Notes: generated by a model from the letters alone, not told the origin. DNA of 64,000 nucleotides from Chloroflexota bacterium (GCA_027623195.1 JAQBUT010000016.1:18697-82696), one strand, 5' to 3'; shown: positions 47,256-57,587, counted from the stretch's first letter. Numbers and translations: made by a program.

Positions 47256-48110
47256 CTAACGACTGTCGTCGGTGTACCAGGCCGTGACCTGTGTGCCGAC
47301 TCCGGCGCCCACGAGCCTCGACGCATCATCATTTCTATATGCGATCTCCAGGAAGCCGTGACTGCCATTGATGGCCAGTAGCCCGTTCCCACCCTGGTAG
47401 GTGCGGCTGATGCCCTTGATGCGCTGACCTCTGATTTCGACCTGCATGGCCAAATCCACAGGCTCCTTCAAGACAAGATCCGTCACCAGGTTTCCGAACC
47501 TATCTACGTGGATGACGTACCCGTCCATTCGACCGTTACTGACCCTGTTCGGAGGGAAGTAATTGGACCTCAGCGTCGTCAACACGGAGCCCAGATCGCC
47601 CGCCAGTACGCCTGCCGCCAAATGTCCCGCAGCAGGAGCAAAGATATCTCTGCCGTGAAACGTATCGCTGACAGGCTCCATCCAGTACTCGGCGCGGTTA
47701 AGAAGGAACGCCTGACAATCGGGTGGTACGTTAACCTGGACATGGTCTAGCACATGAGCGCCAGGCCTTGGTGCTTCTGCCATGGTAGCCCCATTGGCAG
47801 CGAGTATGTAAGAAAACAGGCCGTTGTCTGGCCCAATGAATGAGCCGTGTGGCGTTACCAGGAGGATTGGATGTCGAGACGTCCCAACGCCTGGGTCAAC
47901 AACCGCTAGATGGATTGCCGAACCAGGAAGGTGCTTGTAGGTCGTTCCCAACACGAAGGCCGCATGGTTAATGTTCTGAGCCGGTATGCCGTGGGAGATG
48001 TCAATCAACCGCACGTCAGGGCAGATGCTGAGTATAACGCCCTTCATAGTGGCGACGTTTCCGTCGCTCATCCCAAAATCAGAGGTGAGGGTGATTAGTG
48101 GTGGCGACAT
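47256..48110 (-). CDS. SAM hydroxide adenosyltransferase (DUF62)
   Basis: TSDFG, VVDPGVGTSR, GPDNG, TFHGRDIF, DRFGN. Confidence 0.88.
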   Translation of the reverse strand: MSPPLITLTSDFGMSDGNVATMKGVILSICPDVRLIDISHGIPAQNINHAAFVLGTTYKHLPGSAIHLAVVDPGVGTSRHPILLVTPHGSFIGPDNGLFSYILAANGATMAEAPRPGAHVLDHVQVNVPPDCQAFLLNRAEYWMEPVSDTFHGRDIFAPAAGHLAAGVLAGDLGSVLTTLRSNYFPPNRVSNGRMDGYVIHVDRFGNLVTDLVLKEPVDLAMQVEIRGQRIKGISRTYQGGNGLLAINGSHGFLEIAYRNDDASRLVGAGVGTQVTAWYTDDSR

Positions 48111-48129
48111 AACCGGATTTTAGCGGGTC

Positions 48130-48366
48130 CTAGGAACCGGCGCCGGTGAGGAAGTTGTTGAATCTGACGCTAACGATGGAAATGCCGATGAACACCACTA
48201 CCATGAAAATCGTGAATTGGAAAAGGGTTTTTTCCATACCCCTGCGGGTGTGGTATGAGCTCTCTGCCGCGCCGAAGAATCCGGAACCCTGGCCCTTTAT
48301 CTGAATGAGTATGACGGCGATGAGAATTACGGATACAAGTATTTGGATTATGTTGACTACTGCCAT
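48130..48366 (-). CDS. secG: preprotein translocase subunit SecG
   Basis: Two TMs, LIQ.KG.G.G.FG, RRGMEK.L. Confidence 0.9.
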   Translation of the reverse strand: MAVVNIIQILVSVILIAVILIQIKGQGSGFFGAAESSYHTRRGMEKTLFQFTIFMVVVFIGISIVSVRFNNFLTGAGS

Positions 48367-48393
48367 CGGCTAGCCTCTTGGAGAATTCTGTAT

Positions 48394-49725
48394 TTAAATG
48401 GAAAGGCCAGCCTTTATTAATGACTGCAGCCTACTGCCATTATCATACACATCCATAATGGCCTGCGCTAGCTTATCCGAGTCATGCCGCACCGGATGTT
48501 CAGTGGAAGTTAGCTCGGCAAGGACAACCCTGGCATGCTCAAGCGGGGTGCCGTCGTGAACAACCGGCGTCCCGAAAAACTGAGGGCCTAATTCCACCGG
48601 GCGCTTGTTAGCGACCACGTAGTCAACAATGTCGTCGGACGTATGCCTCTTGAGAGCCTCGTGGTGATCGGCGACCGTGTAGCCTTCCGTCTCACCCTTC
48701 TGGGTGGCGACGTTGCATACATAGACCTTGTGCGCTGCGGCTTTGCTGATGGCTTGCGTAAAGCCTTTGACCATCAAGTTAGGCAATATACTGGTGTAAA
48801 GACTTCCAGGTCCTATCACTATCAGATCGGCATTCTGAACGGCGTTCAGGGCCAGTTCATGTGCAGCAGCGTCCGGGGGGTTGATCATAAGACGCTCTAT
48901 CTGCCCGCCCGCTTCGGATATTTTTGATTCGCCTTCCACTATTGTGCCGTCAGTGAGCTTTGCGGATAGCTGGAGGTTGGCCGTCGTCGTCGGAACGATG
49001 CGGCCGTGTATTGCCAAAACCCGGCTGGACTCCAACAGAGCTTGCTCAAAACTATCGGTAATATTGGTCAGCGCGGCGATGAACAGGTTCCCAAAGCTGT
49101 GTCCTTTTAGGCCGTCGCCCTGGTCAAACCTGTACTGGAACAGCTCCGAAACTAAGGATTCGTCGTCTGCCAAAGCCACAAGACAGTTGCGGAAGTCACC
49201 CGGGGGCAGAACGCCAAAGTCCCTGCGTAATCGACCTGAACTGCCGCCGTCGTCGCCCACAGTTACGATTGCCGTAATGTTGTCGGTGTAGGCTTTGAGG
49301 CCGCGCAGGAGAACCGAAAGGCCGGTGCCACCGCCAATAGTTACAATCCGTGGCCCTCTGCCCAGGGAGCGGCGGGTATAGATTGTGTTGGCGATGCCAT
49401 GAATGGACGGAGACTGAAGTATGAGTGGACCTACGGACCGGTAGAGGCCGTACGCGGCCAGCAACATTATCATTATTCCGCCGCCCATGAGGAGAGCGCC
49501 CTCAAAGTAACCTGGAAGAAAATCGGGGAATCCTAAGGCGAGGAATTTTCGCAGCAGGTATGCGATGCCGATGGAGCATATGGATATGCCTGCCGCACCA
49601 AGGAGCATCCAGCGTTTGATGCCGAGTCCCGGAACCAACAGCCTGAGAATATTCGACAGGCTACTAGAGGGGGTTCCATTGCCGTTACCATTGGGTACTC
49701 TGGGCGTCTGCCTATTGCCATTCAT
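48394..49725 (-). CDS. gluconeogenesis factor YvcK/UPF0052 with N-terminal TMs
   Basis: PGLGIKRW, GGGTGL, DDGGSSGRLR, GHSFGNL, GPGSLYTS. Confidence 0.92.
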   Translation of the reverse strand: MNGNRQTPRVPNGNGNGTPSSSLSNILRLLVPGLGIKRWMLLGAAGISICSIGIAYLLRKFLALGFPDFLPGYFEGALLMGGGIMIMLLAAYGLYRSVGPLILQSPSIHGIANTIYTRRSLGRGPRIVTIGGGTGLSVLLRGLKAYTDNITAIVTVGDDGGSSGRLRRDFGVLPPGDFRNCLVALADDESLVSELFQYRFDQGDGLKGHSFGNLFIAALTNITDSFEQALLESSRVLAIHGRIVPTTTANLQLSAKLTDGTIVEGESKISEAGGQIERLMINPPDAAAHELALNAVQNADLIVIGPGSLYTSILPNLMVKGFTQAISKAAAHKVYVCNVATQKGETEGYTVADHHEALKRHTSDDIVDYVVANKRPVELGPQFFGTPVVHDGTPLEHARVVLAELTSTEHPVRHDSDKLAQAIMDVYDNGSRLQSLIKAGLSI

Positions 49726-49729
49726 CGCG

Positions 49730-51217
49730 TTATTTTAGCGAATCCAGCTTCTCCTTGAGAAGCTCGTTGGCGAGCTGTGGATTGGCGTTTCCGCGTGTAA
49801 TCTTCATTACCTGCCCTAGAAGGAATCGAATGGCCTGGTCTTTGCCTCCCAGGTATTCCGCCACCGGGTCGGGATTGCTGGAAATGGCCTCATCGATCGC
49901 CTCGTTGATGGCTCCATGATCCCTGATCTGTACGAGCCCCTTCTCTTCTGCTATGTAACCAGGGGCCTGGCCAGTGTTAAACATCTCTTCGAACACGGTC
50001 TTGGCCATATTGCTGCTGAATTGCCCCGAGTCCACCATATCGATGAGGGCAACCATATCGGCTGGCCCAATCTTCACAGACTGGATATCGTCACCGGACT
50101 GATTCAACAATCGCCATAACTCCACCAGTATCCAGTTGCTAACAGACTTGGCGAATTTTACCTGCTCATCGGCACCTGGTTTCTTCGCCTTAACCACGGA
50201 CTCAAAGTAATCGGCAGTCTGCTGGTTACCAGTCAGCAGGCTGGCGTCGTAGGCCGACAGACCGAACTGGTCGGTGAACCTGTGAAGTCGGGCCTGGGGT
50301 AGCTCCGGTAGAGTGCGCTCGATCTCATCAATCCACTTGTCGCTGATCTCTAGGGGTGGAAGGTCCGGCTCAGGGAAATAGCGGTAGTCGTTTTCCTCCT
50401 CCTTAATTCTTTGTGAAAATGTGCGCCCGTTGGCCTCGTCCCAGCCTCGGGTCTCCTGAACAATGCGCTCGCCTTCCTTAACGGCCTTAACCTGGCGTAC
50501 CGCTTCGTACTCCAAGGCACGGAACACCGCCCTAAAGCTGTTCATGTTCTTTATTTCTACCTTGGAACCCAGTTTCTCGGCACCCACGGGACGCACGCTG
50601 ATGTTAGCGTCGCAACGGAAGTTGCCCTCCTCCATATTGGCACTGCTTACGCCAATGTAACGCAGGATTGACTGGAGCCGCGTCAGGTAATTTCGAGCAT
50701 CTTCTGGGCTGCGCATGTCCGGCTCACTAACGATTTCCATAAGCGGCACGCCCGCCCGGTTAATGTCGAGAAGGCTATAACCCTCCCCGAACTCCTCCGA
50801 CCTGTGGAAGAGCTTGGCCACGTCCTCCTCCATGTGAACACGGGTGATGCCAATGACCTTTTCGCCCTCGTCTGTCTCCAGCGTCAGATGACCATTCGAC
50901 GCCACGGGGAGATCGTACTGAGAAATCTGGTAGCCCTTCATGAGGTCTGGGTAGGGGTAATTCTTGCGATCGAACTTGGTGTGGTGGGCTATGGTGCAAC
51001 CCAACGCAAGGCCCGTCTTGATGATGTATTCAATGGCCTGTCGATTAATCACCGGGAGCACACCGGGCATGCCCATGCAGACAGGGCAAACAGTCGTGTT
51101 GTGCTCCTCGCCCTGGTAGCCTGCGCTACAAGAGCAGAACATCTTGCTTTGGGTCAGAAGCTGAGAGTGGACCTCTAGTCCAACGACAATCTCGTAATCC
51201 ATATAATCAGTTCTCAC
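49730..51217 (-). CDS. gatB: Asp/Glu-tRNA amidotransferase subunit B
   Basis: GLEVH, FDRKNYPYPDL, NRAGVPLMEIV, YRYFPEPDL. Confidence 0.97.
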   Translation of the reverse strand: MRTDYMDYEIVVGLEVHSQLLTQSKMFCSCSAGYQGEEHNTTVCPVCMGMPGVLPVINRQAIEYIIKTGLALGCTIAHHTKFDRKNYPYPDLMKGYQISQYDLPVASNGHLTLETDEGEKVIGITRVHMEEDVAKLFHRSEEFGEGYSLLDINRAGVPLMEIVSEPDMRSPEDARNYLTRLQSILRYIGVSSANMEEGNFRCDANISVRPVGAEKLGSKVEIKNMNSFRAVFRALEYEAVRQVKAVKEGERIVQETRGWDEANGRTFSQRIKEEENDYRYFPEPDLPPLEISDKWIDEIERTLPELPQARLHRFTDQFGLSAYDASLLTGNQQTADYFESVVKAKKPGADEQVKFAKSVSNWILVELWRLLNQSGDDIQSVKIGPADMVALIDMVDSGQFSSNMAKTVFEEMFNTGQAPGYIAEEKGLVQIRDHGAINEAIDEAISSNPDPVAEYLGGKDQAIRFLLGQVMKITRGNANPQLANELLKEKLDSLK

Positions 51218-51332
51218 AATTCCAGCAGCCGCACTAGCAGCGCAGTAATGGCATCTCCAAAGGTTGCAAATCGTAGTATAAGAAACGCATTACTATGTTA
51301 CAACAGGGTCGCGCTTCAGCATTTAGCTTCAA

Positions 51333-51989
51333 CTAAGCCTCGAGGTCTGACTCTGCCTCCGACCAGGCGTCCGCCCCTATGAGCGGCACGAATCGGCAGC
51401 CTCCCAAGCTTTTTACCGAGAAGCCCTCAGGCGTCCTGACCGCCTTCATCAACTCCTGAGCTTCCAGGGACCCAACGGGAACAACCAGGCGTCCCCGATT
51501 GGCCAACTGCTCCATGATTAGCTTTCGGGGCAGTCTCGGCGCTCCAGCTGAGACTACTATAGCGTCGTAGGGCGCTTCCGGAAGATAGCCAAGCTCTTCC
51601 TCTGCATCATGCACCGTTACGTTGTTGTAACCCAATGCAGATAGTCGCTCTCTGGCCGCGCTCGCCAGTGAGAAAATCCTCTCGACGCTGACGACATCTC
51701 GCGCTAGGATTGAGAGAATAGCCGTCTGATATCCGCTGCCTGTGCCAATCTCCAGCACCTTGTCGGAGCGCCGAAGTTCCAGGGCGCTGACCATAATGGC
51801 GACCATGGTAGGCTGGGATATGGTCTGGCCTTCGCCCATGGGTAATGGAACGTCCTCGTAAGCCTCGTGGGCTAACTCTGCGGGTACGAATTGTTCCCTG
51901 GGAACCCTGCCCATGGCCTGGATGATCCCCTGGTCTTCCACGCGAGTAGACAGGTCACGTAGCAGGCGTTGCCTTGCCTTTTCCAACAT
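51333..51989 (-). CDS. pcm: protein-L-isoaspartate O-methyltransferase
   Basis: VPRE.F, GQTISQP, LEIGTGSGYQ, FVPLIG. Confidence 0.95.
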   Translation of the reverse strand: MLEKARQRLLRDLSTRVEDQGIIQAMGRVPREQFVPAELAHEAYEDVPLPMGEGQTISQPTMVAIMVSALELRRSDKVLEIGTGSGYQTAILSILARDVVSVERIFSLASAARERLSALGYNNVTVHDAEEELGYLPEAPYDAIVVSAGAPRLPRKLIMEQLANRGRLVVPVGSLEAQELMKAVRTPEGFSVKSLGGCRFVPLIGADAWSEAESDLEA

Positions 51990-52119
51990 TCCACCGTTTC
52001 TTGCTATAAAACAACGAATTCGTTGATATTCGGTCTTTGGAACCGTTTATAATAATGGTACACGTTGCGCCGCAAAGGTCGAATCTCAATTGCGGGCGCT
52101 CCGGTGCCTTCTAGATTCA

Positions 52120-52148
52120 TTGACCCTTCAATATGGCCATGCTAACCT
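52120..52148 (+). promoter_or_regulatory. putative sigma70 promoter of the tetrapyrrole operon
   Basis: TTGACC, 17 nt ending TGC, TAACCT. Confidence 0.5.
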
Positions 52149-52184
52149 GACTTCATGGCATGACCGTTGGCTATTATCTAATTA

Positions 52185-53207
52185 GTGAGTGTTGATATGA
52201 CATCCACAATGGAGCTTACAGACAGGCAGATTCTGAACATTATTCAGACTCAATTCCCGCTGGTCGAAAGACCCTTCGCGAGTATCGCGGAAGAGATGAA
52301 CACCTCGGAAGATGATGTCATCGAGCGAATCAAGGACCTAAAAGAAAAGAACGTGGTCCGACAGATAAGCGCTATTTTCGACACGAGGCGTTTGGGCTAC
52401 AAGACGACGCTAGTGGCGATGCGTCTACCTGAAGACAAGCTGGATTCCGGCGCACAGGTGGTTAATGCCCATCCAGGCGTGAGTCACAACTATGCGCGCA
52501 ACGGCCAGTTCAACCTCTGGTTCACACTGGCGGTCCCACCTTATGAGGACTTGAAAGAGACCATCGACGGTATGGCCGAGACGACCGGCGCAGAGTCGGT
52601 CCGCATGATGCCGACGATTAAGTTCTTCAAGATAGGCGTCAATTTCGACATGGTCAAACAAGAGGGCGACGCCAAAGTGTATTACAGTCCCGACGGTTAC
52701 AACGATAAGACAGTCGGCGATAACTGGAATACGGCGGAAACTCTTTCAGACTTCGATATCAACGTCGTCCGCGAGCTGCAAGAGGACATCGAAGTTGTGC
52801 CCCAGCCGTTTAATACTATGGCTGATAAGCTGGGCATTTCGTTGCAGGAGCTTTTCGATGCTGCAGAAGATTTTCAGAAACGCGGGATGATGCGCCGTTT
52901 CAGCGCGGTGCTGCACCACAGGCGGGCGGGCTTCGGCTCTAATGCCATGGCCGTATGGAAGGTTCCGTCAGAGCGTGCGGTCGAGGTCGGCAACCTCATG
53001 GCCCAGTCCCGTTGGGTGACGCACTGCTATGAGAGGCCCACATTCCCCGACTGGGATTACACCCACTTCACGATGATTCACGCAACCTCACAGGACCAGT
53101 GTGAAGAGGTTGCCAAGGATATATCCGAGGCCACTGGAATAAGTGAATACCAGTTGCTTTACAGTACGCGTGAATACAAGAAGACTCGCGTAAGATATTT
53201 CGTTTAG
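52185..53207 (+). CDS. ahbAB: fused siroheme decarboxylase (AhbA+AhbB / NirDL-type, two AsnC-like repeats)
   Basis: FPLVERPF...VSHNYAR...NLWFT and HRRAG...VTHCYER...FTMIH...EYKKT. Confidence 0.88.
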   Translation: MSVDMTSTMELTDRQILNIIQTQFPLVERPFASIAEEMNTSEDDVIERIKDLKEKNVVRQISAIFDTRRLGYKTTLVAMRLPEDKLDSGAQVVNAHPGVSHNYARNGQFNLWFTLAVPPYEDLKETIDGMAETTGAESVRMMPTIKFFKIGVNFDMVKQEGDAKVYYSPDGYNDKTVGDNWNTAETLSDFDINVVRELQEDIEVVPQPFNTMADKLGISLQELFDAAEDFQKRGMMRRFSAVLHHRRAGFGSNAMAVWKVPSERAVEVGNLMAQSRWVTHCYERPTFPDWDYTHFTMIHATSQDQCEEVAKDISEATGISEYQLLYSTREYKKTRVRYFV

Positions 53208-53228
53208 AACAGCCACAGAGGAGAGATA

Positions 53229-53975
53229 GTGCCTACTACGTACTACCCGGTTTTCATTGATGTTAAGGGCCGCAACTGCATTATTATTGGTGGCGGCAAT
53301 ATTGGCGAAGAAAAGGTTCACAAGCTTCTCGACTGCGACGCCAAGGTCGAAGTCATTAGCCCTGAAGTCAACCAAGGCGTTCAGGAACTGGCAGATAACG
53401 ACAAGCTGGTCTGGCATCAACGCGAGTACCAGAAGGGTGACCTTGCCGGCGCCTTCATCGCCATAGCATCCACTGACAACAATGAGGTCAATCGACAAAT
53501 CGCGGCAGAGGCCCAAGAGCTTAACGTTCTGCTCAACGTTGTGGACGTAACTCACCTCTGCACCTTCATAGCGCCGGCCATTGCGCGACGAGGCGACGTG
53601 ACTATCGCCGCATCCACAGGCGGGGCCAGCCCTGCCTTGGCGCGCAAGTTCCGAGAACTGCTAAACGGTAGCCAGATTGAGTCAACCCACCCCCTTATGG
53701 ACTACGCTGAGCTTGCTCCCTTGCTGGCCGACGCCCGCGCCGAGATTCGGAGCAAGGGCATTACTTTGCTTACCGACCACTGGCAGTCATGCATCACCGA
53801 TAGCCTGGTGGATATGGTGATGGGCGGCAAGTACGATGAGGCCAGGGCAATCCTGATGGCGGACTTGATGAAAGGCACCACCTGCGACTGCAGCGACGGA
53901 GTCTGCAAGATGTGGGAAGAGAAGAAGGAAGTAGTTCTTTCCGCTACTGGCTCGGACAAGAAGGCCACGGTCTAA
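53229..53975 (+). CDS. precorrin-2 dehydrogenase/sirohydrochlorin ferrochelatase (SirC/Met8/CysG N-terminal type)
   Basis: YPVF, IGGGNIG..K, NVVD, STGGASPALA. Confidence 0.9.
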   Translation: MPTTYYPVFIDVKGRNCIIIGGGNIGEEKVHKLLDCDAKVEVISPEVNQGVQELADNDKLVWHQREYQKGDLAGAFIAIASTDNNEVNRQIAAEAQELNVLLNVVDVTHLCTFIAPAIARRGDVTIAASTGGASPALARKFRELLNGSQIESTHPLMDYAELAPLLADARAEIRSKGITLLTDHWQSCITDSLVDMVMGGKYDEARAILMADLMKGTTCDCSDGVCKMWEEKKEVVLSATGSDKKATV

Positions 53976-53991
53976 TTTAAAGAGTCTTCTG

Positions 53992-54912
53992 GTGACAGCT
54001 ATTAAACGGGTCGTTGTAGGCTCCAGATCGAGCCCTCTTGCGCTAGCGCAGACCGAAGAGGTCATAGGCCGGCTCAATGCGGTGCACCCGGATACCCAGT
54101 TTGAAATCGTGCCCCTGTCCACAAGGGGGGACCGTAACAAAACGGATCCCCTATTGAGTATGGACAGGGGCATGTTTGTTAAGGATATCGAGGCGGCTCT
54201 GTTATCTGGCGAGATAGATTTCGCCGTGCACAGTGCCAAAGACTTGCCCGCAGGGCTACCTCTAGGACTTATCATTGCCGCGTTCACCGAAAGACAGGAC
54301 GCCCGAGACGTAATCGTTAACCGCTGGGGCGCGTCCTTCGAGGACCTGCCTTCCGGGGCCACACTGGGTACTAGCAGTCCACGTAGGGTAGCCCAACTAA
54401 AGGCACGCAGACCTGATCTAGAGTTCCTACCCGTGAGGGGCAACGTTGGCACTCGCATGGAAAAGTCTGGCACCGACGGCTACGACGGTGTCGTGTTGGC
54501 CGCCGCGGGCATAATTCGATTGGGCCGGGCTTCTGAGATAAGCGGCTACCTGTCACCCGAAATCTGCATACCCGACGTGGGGCAGGGCGCCCTAGCTATC
54601 GAAACCCGATCAGGCGATGAAGCCCTCATGATTTTACTGAAAGCTATAGAGCACACTCCCAGCAGCCAGGCGGTCCGCGCAGAGCGAGCCTTCCTTCAGG
54701 CTATGGGCGGCGGCTGTACCGTGCCGGTAGCGGCATTTGCGATCATCGACGGTGATTCTCTGAAAATTTCTGCAATGGCCTCTAGCCCCGACGGGACCGA
54801 TATGATTCAGACTGAAGGTACATTCGAGACCTCAAACCCGGAACGTGCCGGAGAGGTATTGGCGGCCCAATTAATGGAACGGGGCGCCAAGGAAATCATA
54901 GAGAAAAAATGA
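53992..54912 (+). CDS. hemC: hydroxymethylbilane synthase
   Basis: GSRSSPLALAQ, AVHSAKD, GTSSPRR, RGNV.TR, GGC. Confidence 0.96.
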   Translation: MTAIKRVVVGSRSSPLALAQTEEVIGRLNAVHPDTQFEIVPLSTRGDRNKTDPLLSMDRGMFVKDIEAALLSGEIDFAVHSAKDLPAGLPLGLIIAAFTERQDARDVIVNRWGASFEDLPSGATLGTSSPRRVAQLKARRPDLEFLPVRGNVGTRMEKSGTDGYDGVVLAAAGIIRLGRASEISGYLSPEICIPDVGQGALAIETRSGDEALMILLKAIEHTPSSQAVRAERAFLQAMGGGCTVPVAAFAIIDGDSLKISAMASSPDGTDMIQTEGTFETSNPERAGEVLAAQLMERGAKEIIEKK

Positions 54913-56423
54913 CACTGGGAATAGTTTATCTTGTGGGCGCAGGCCCTGGAGACCCTGGCCTTATTACCGTGAAGGGGCTAGGCCTGATCCAATCGGCAGA
55001 GGTTATCGTGCACGACCGGCTGGTGGACAGGCGTCTCATGCAACACGCCTCTCCAGCGGCTGAAATTATCGACGTCGGCAAGATTCCTGGCAGAAGCGAC
55101 AATCGTCAAGCCGATATCAACGCTCTACTGGTTGATCTGGGTAAGCAGGGTAAACGCGTCGTCCGTCTCAAAGGCGGAGACCCGTTCGTATTCGGCAGAG
55201 GCGGCGAAGAGGCCTTAGAGTTGCGCCAAGAAGGCATCCCTTTCGAGATAGTCCCCGGCATAACATCATCTATAGCCGCGCCGGCCTACGCTGGTATTCC
55301 TGTTACGCATCGCGGCCTATCGTCGCACTTCACCGTTGTAACTGGGAACGAGGACCCGGACAAGCCTGAGTCAGTTATCGAGTGGGACAAGTTATCCCAG
55401 ATAGGCGGCACGCTGGTTGTGCTCATGGGATGGGAAAACCTGCCAAGTATAGTGGACAAGCTCCTCGCAGCGGGCCGTACGCCGGAAACGCCTGTAGCAA
55501 TGGTCCAGTGGGGCACAGAGCCCCATCAGAAGGCCGTGACCGGTACCCTGGAGACTATTGTCCGGGTAGCTAAGGAATCTAAGCTGGGGTCGCCCGTCGT
55601 AACAGTTATTGGGGAAGTTGCCAGTCTCAGAGATGAGTTGGTGTGGTTCGACAACCGGCCTCTATTCGGCAAGCGCATTCTGGTAACCAGGACACGCACC
55701 CAGGCTGGCGCGCTGTCTGATCTGCTGGTTCAGCGAGGTGCGGACGCAGTTGAACTGCCCACCATTGAGGTGCAGCCGCTGCATGATTACGCGGACCTGG
55801 ATGGCCAATTAAGAGTTCTGAGTGGCTTCGACTGGGTTATCTTCGCCAGCGCCAACGCTGTAGACGTAATGTTCCAGCGATTGGAGTCGATGAAGTTGGA
55901 CTCCAGGGCATTCAGCAATGTCAAACTGGGCGCTATAGGGCCAGCCACCACTGCTGTGTTACGCCGATACGGTCTCAACGCTGATTTCGTGCCCGAATCT
56001 TTCGTCTCAGAAGCAGTCGTGGAAGGCCTGAAGCACGAGAATATGGCAGGAGCCAAGGTGCTGTTACCACAGGGGGACATCGCGCGGGACACACTTGCCG
56101 ACGGACTTACCGGGCTGGGAGCCAATGTAAGTCGAGCCCTGGCGTACCGTACGGTGACGCCTCAGCAGTCCGCAGGAATGGTTGAAGATATATTTGCTCG
56201 TGGCGTGGACGTGGCTACGTTTAGCAGTTCCTCCACCGTCAAGAATCTCTGCGAACTGCTGGGTGACGTTGACAGACTGTCCAACGCAACCATCGCCTGT
56301 ATAGGCCCAATCACGGCGGCCACCGCCAGAGAAATGGGCCTCAATGTTGATATAGTGTCGGAAAGGCACACCATTCCCGGAATGGTCAAAGCAATCGAAG
56401 AATATTTCTCGAAGGAGGAATAA
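54909..56423 (+). CDS. cobA-hemD: uroporphyrinogen-III C-methyltransferase / uroporphyrinogen-III synthase fusion
   Basis: VGAGPGDPGLIT, RLKGGDPFVFGRGGEE, then ILVTR, IGPAT, FSSSSTV. Confidence 0.94.
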   Translation: MTLGIVYLVGAGPGDPGLITVKGLGLIQSAEVIVHDRLVDRRLMQHASPAAEIIDVGKIPGRSDNRQADINALLVDLGKQGKRVVRLKGGDPFVFGRGGEEALELRQEGIPFEIVPGITSSIAAPAYAGIPVTHRGLSSHFTVVTGNEDPDKPESVIEWDKLSQIGGTLVVLMGWENLPSIVDKLLAAGRTPETPVAMVQWGTEPHQKAVTGTLETIVRVAKESKLGSPVVTVIGEVASLRDELVWFDNRPLFGKRILVTRTRTQAGALSDLLVQRGADAVELPTIEVQPLHDYADLDGQLRVLSGFDWVIFASANAVDVMFQRLESMKLDSRAFSNVKLGAIGPATTAVLRRYGLNADFVPESFVSEAVVEGLKHENMAGAKVLLPQGDIARDTLADGLTGLGANVSRALAYRTVTPQQSAGMVEDIFARGVDVATFSSSSTVKNLCELLGDVDRLSNATIACIGPITAATAREMGLNVDIVSERHTIPGMVKAIEEYFSKEE

Positions 56424-56427
56424 CGCC

Positions 56428-57405
56428 ATGAGTAGTTTTCCTCAGATGCGCATGCGGAGGCTTAGAGAGTCTCCCGCCATTCGTAAGATGACCCAGGAGA
56501 CCCGTCTCACTGTTAGTGACTTTATCTATCCTATTTTCGTTACGCACGGGCGTGATGTGCGTCAAGAGATCGCCCCCATGCCGGGCATGTTTCAGCTTTC
56601 ACTGGACCACCTGCTATCAGAAGTGGGGGAGGTTGAGGCTCTGGGCATACCGGCCGTTCTTCTATTTGGAATCCCCGCGAAAAAAGACAGCGTTGGCACT
56701 GAAGCCTATGAACCCAATGGCATAGTACAAGAGGCCATTCGCGTGATAAAGAAGGCAGCGCCGGACATCATGGTAATTGGCGACGTCTGTCTGTGCGAAT
56801 TCACGGACCACGGCCATTGTGGCGTCCTTGAAAATGGCCGCGTGGACAATGATAAGACGCTGGAGTTGCTGGCCAAGATGGCGCTATGCCAGGCCGAAGC
56901 TGGCGTAGACATGGTCGCTCCTTCCGCCATGATGGACGGCCAGGTGGGAGCCATACGTAAAGCCCTAGACGCCGGCGGCTACGAGAACCTGCCCATTATG
57001 GCTTATTCTGCCAAGTTCGCGTCGTCGTTTTACGGTCCGTTCCGTGTCGCCGCAGAGTCTTCCCCGGAAACGGGAGACCGTAAGGGTTACCAGATGGACC
57101 CGGCAAATACCCGACAGGCCTTGCGAGAGATACAGCAGGACATCGACGAAGGGGCCGACATAGTCATGGTCAAGCCAGCGTTGGCGTATATGGACGTTAT
57201 CTCCGCAGCCAGGGACGCCTTCGGCTACCCCATGGCGGCCTACAACGTCAGCGGGGAATACGCGATGGTCAAGGCTGCTGCTGAGAATGAGTGGATAGAC
57301 GGTCAGCGCATCACTATGGAGATTCTGACATCCATAAAGCGCGCTGGCGCAGACATGATAATCAGCTACCACGCCAAAGAGGTCGCCCGCTGGCTTGCTG
57401 GTTAA
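56428..57405 (+). CDS. hemB: porphobilinogen synthase (Zn-type)
   Basis: DVCLCEFTDHGHCG, MVKPA, AYNVSGEY. Confidence 0.97.
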   Translation: MSSFPQMRMRRLRESPAIRKMTQETRLTVSDFIYPIFVTHGRDVRQEIAPMPGMFQLSLDHLLSEVGEVEALGIPAVLLFGIPAKKDSVGTEAYEPNGIVQEAIRVIKKAAPDIMVIGDVCLCEFTDHGHCGVLENGRVDNDKTLELLAKMALCQAEAGVDMVAPSAMMDGQVGAIRKALDAGGYENLPIMAYSAKFASSFYGPFRVAAESSPETGDRKGYQMDPANTRQALREIQQDIDEGADIVMVKPALAYMDVISAARDAFGYPMAAYNVSGEYAMVKAAAENEWIDGQRITMEILTSIKRAGADMIISYHAKEVARWLAG

Positions 57406-57587
57406 CCATAGGCGCCCCTTGTCATCTGGTTAGCCAAATTGAGCGCATGGTCCTTCGTTTCGTCAAAGCGGAGACGAACGGCCCCTCAGATATCCGTTCG
57501 TGGTGAACGCCGATTAATGGAGCATCCTCGACTAAGTCGGGACCTGTCGAACCAAATACTGCCTAACGATATTTCGTGGAAGCTAAA

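Noticed and set aside
47256..48110. Fluorinase/chlorinase
   Set aside because: Keeps the Asp-Arg-His set (DPGVGTSR, TFHGRD) typical of SAM hydroxide adenosyltransferases
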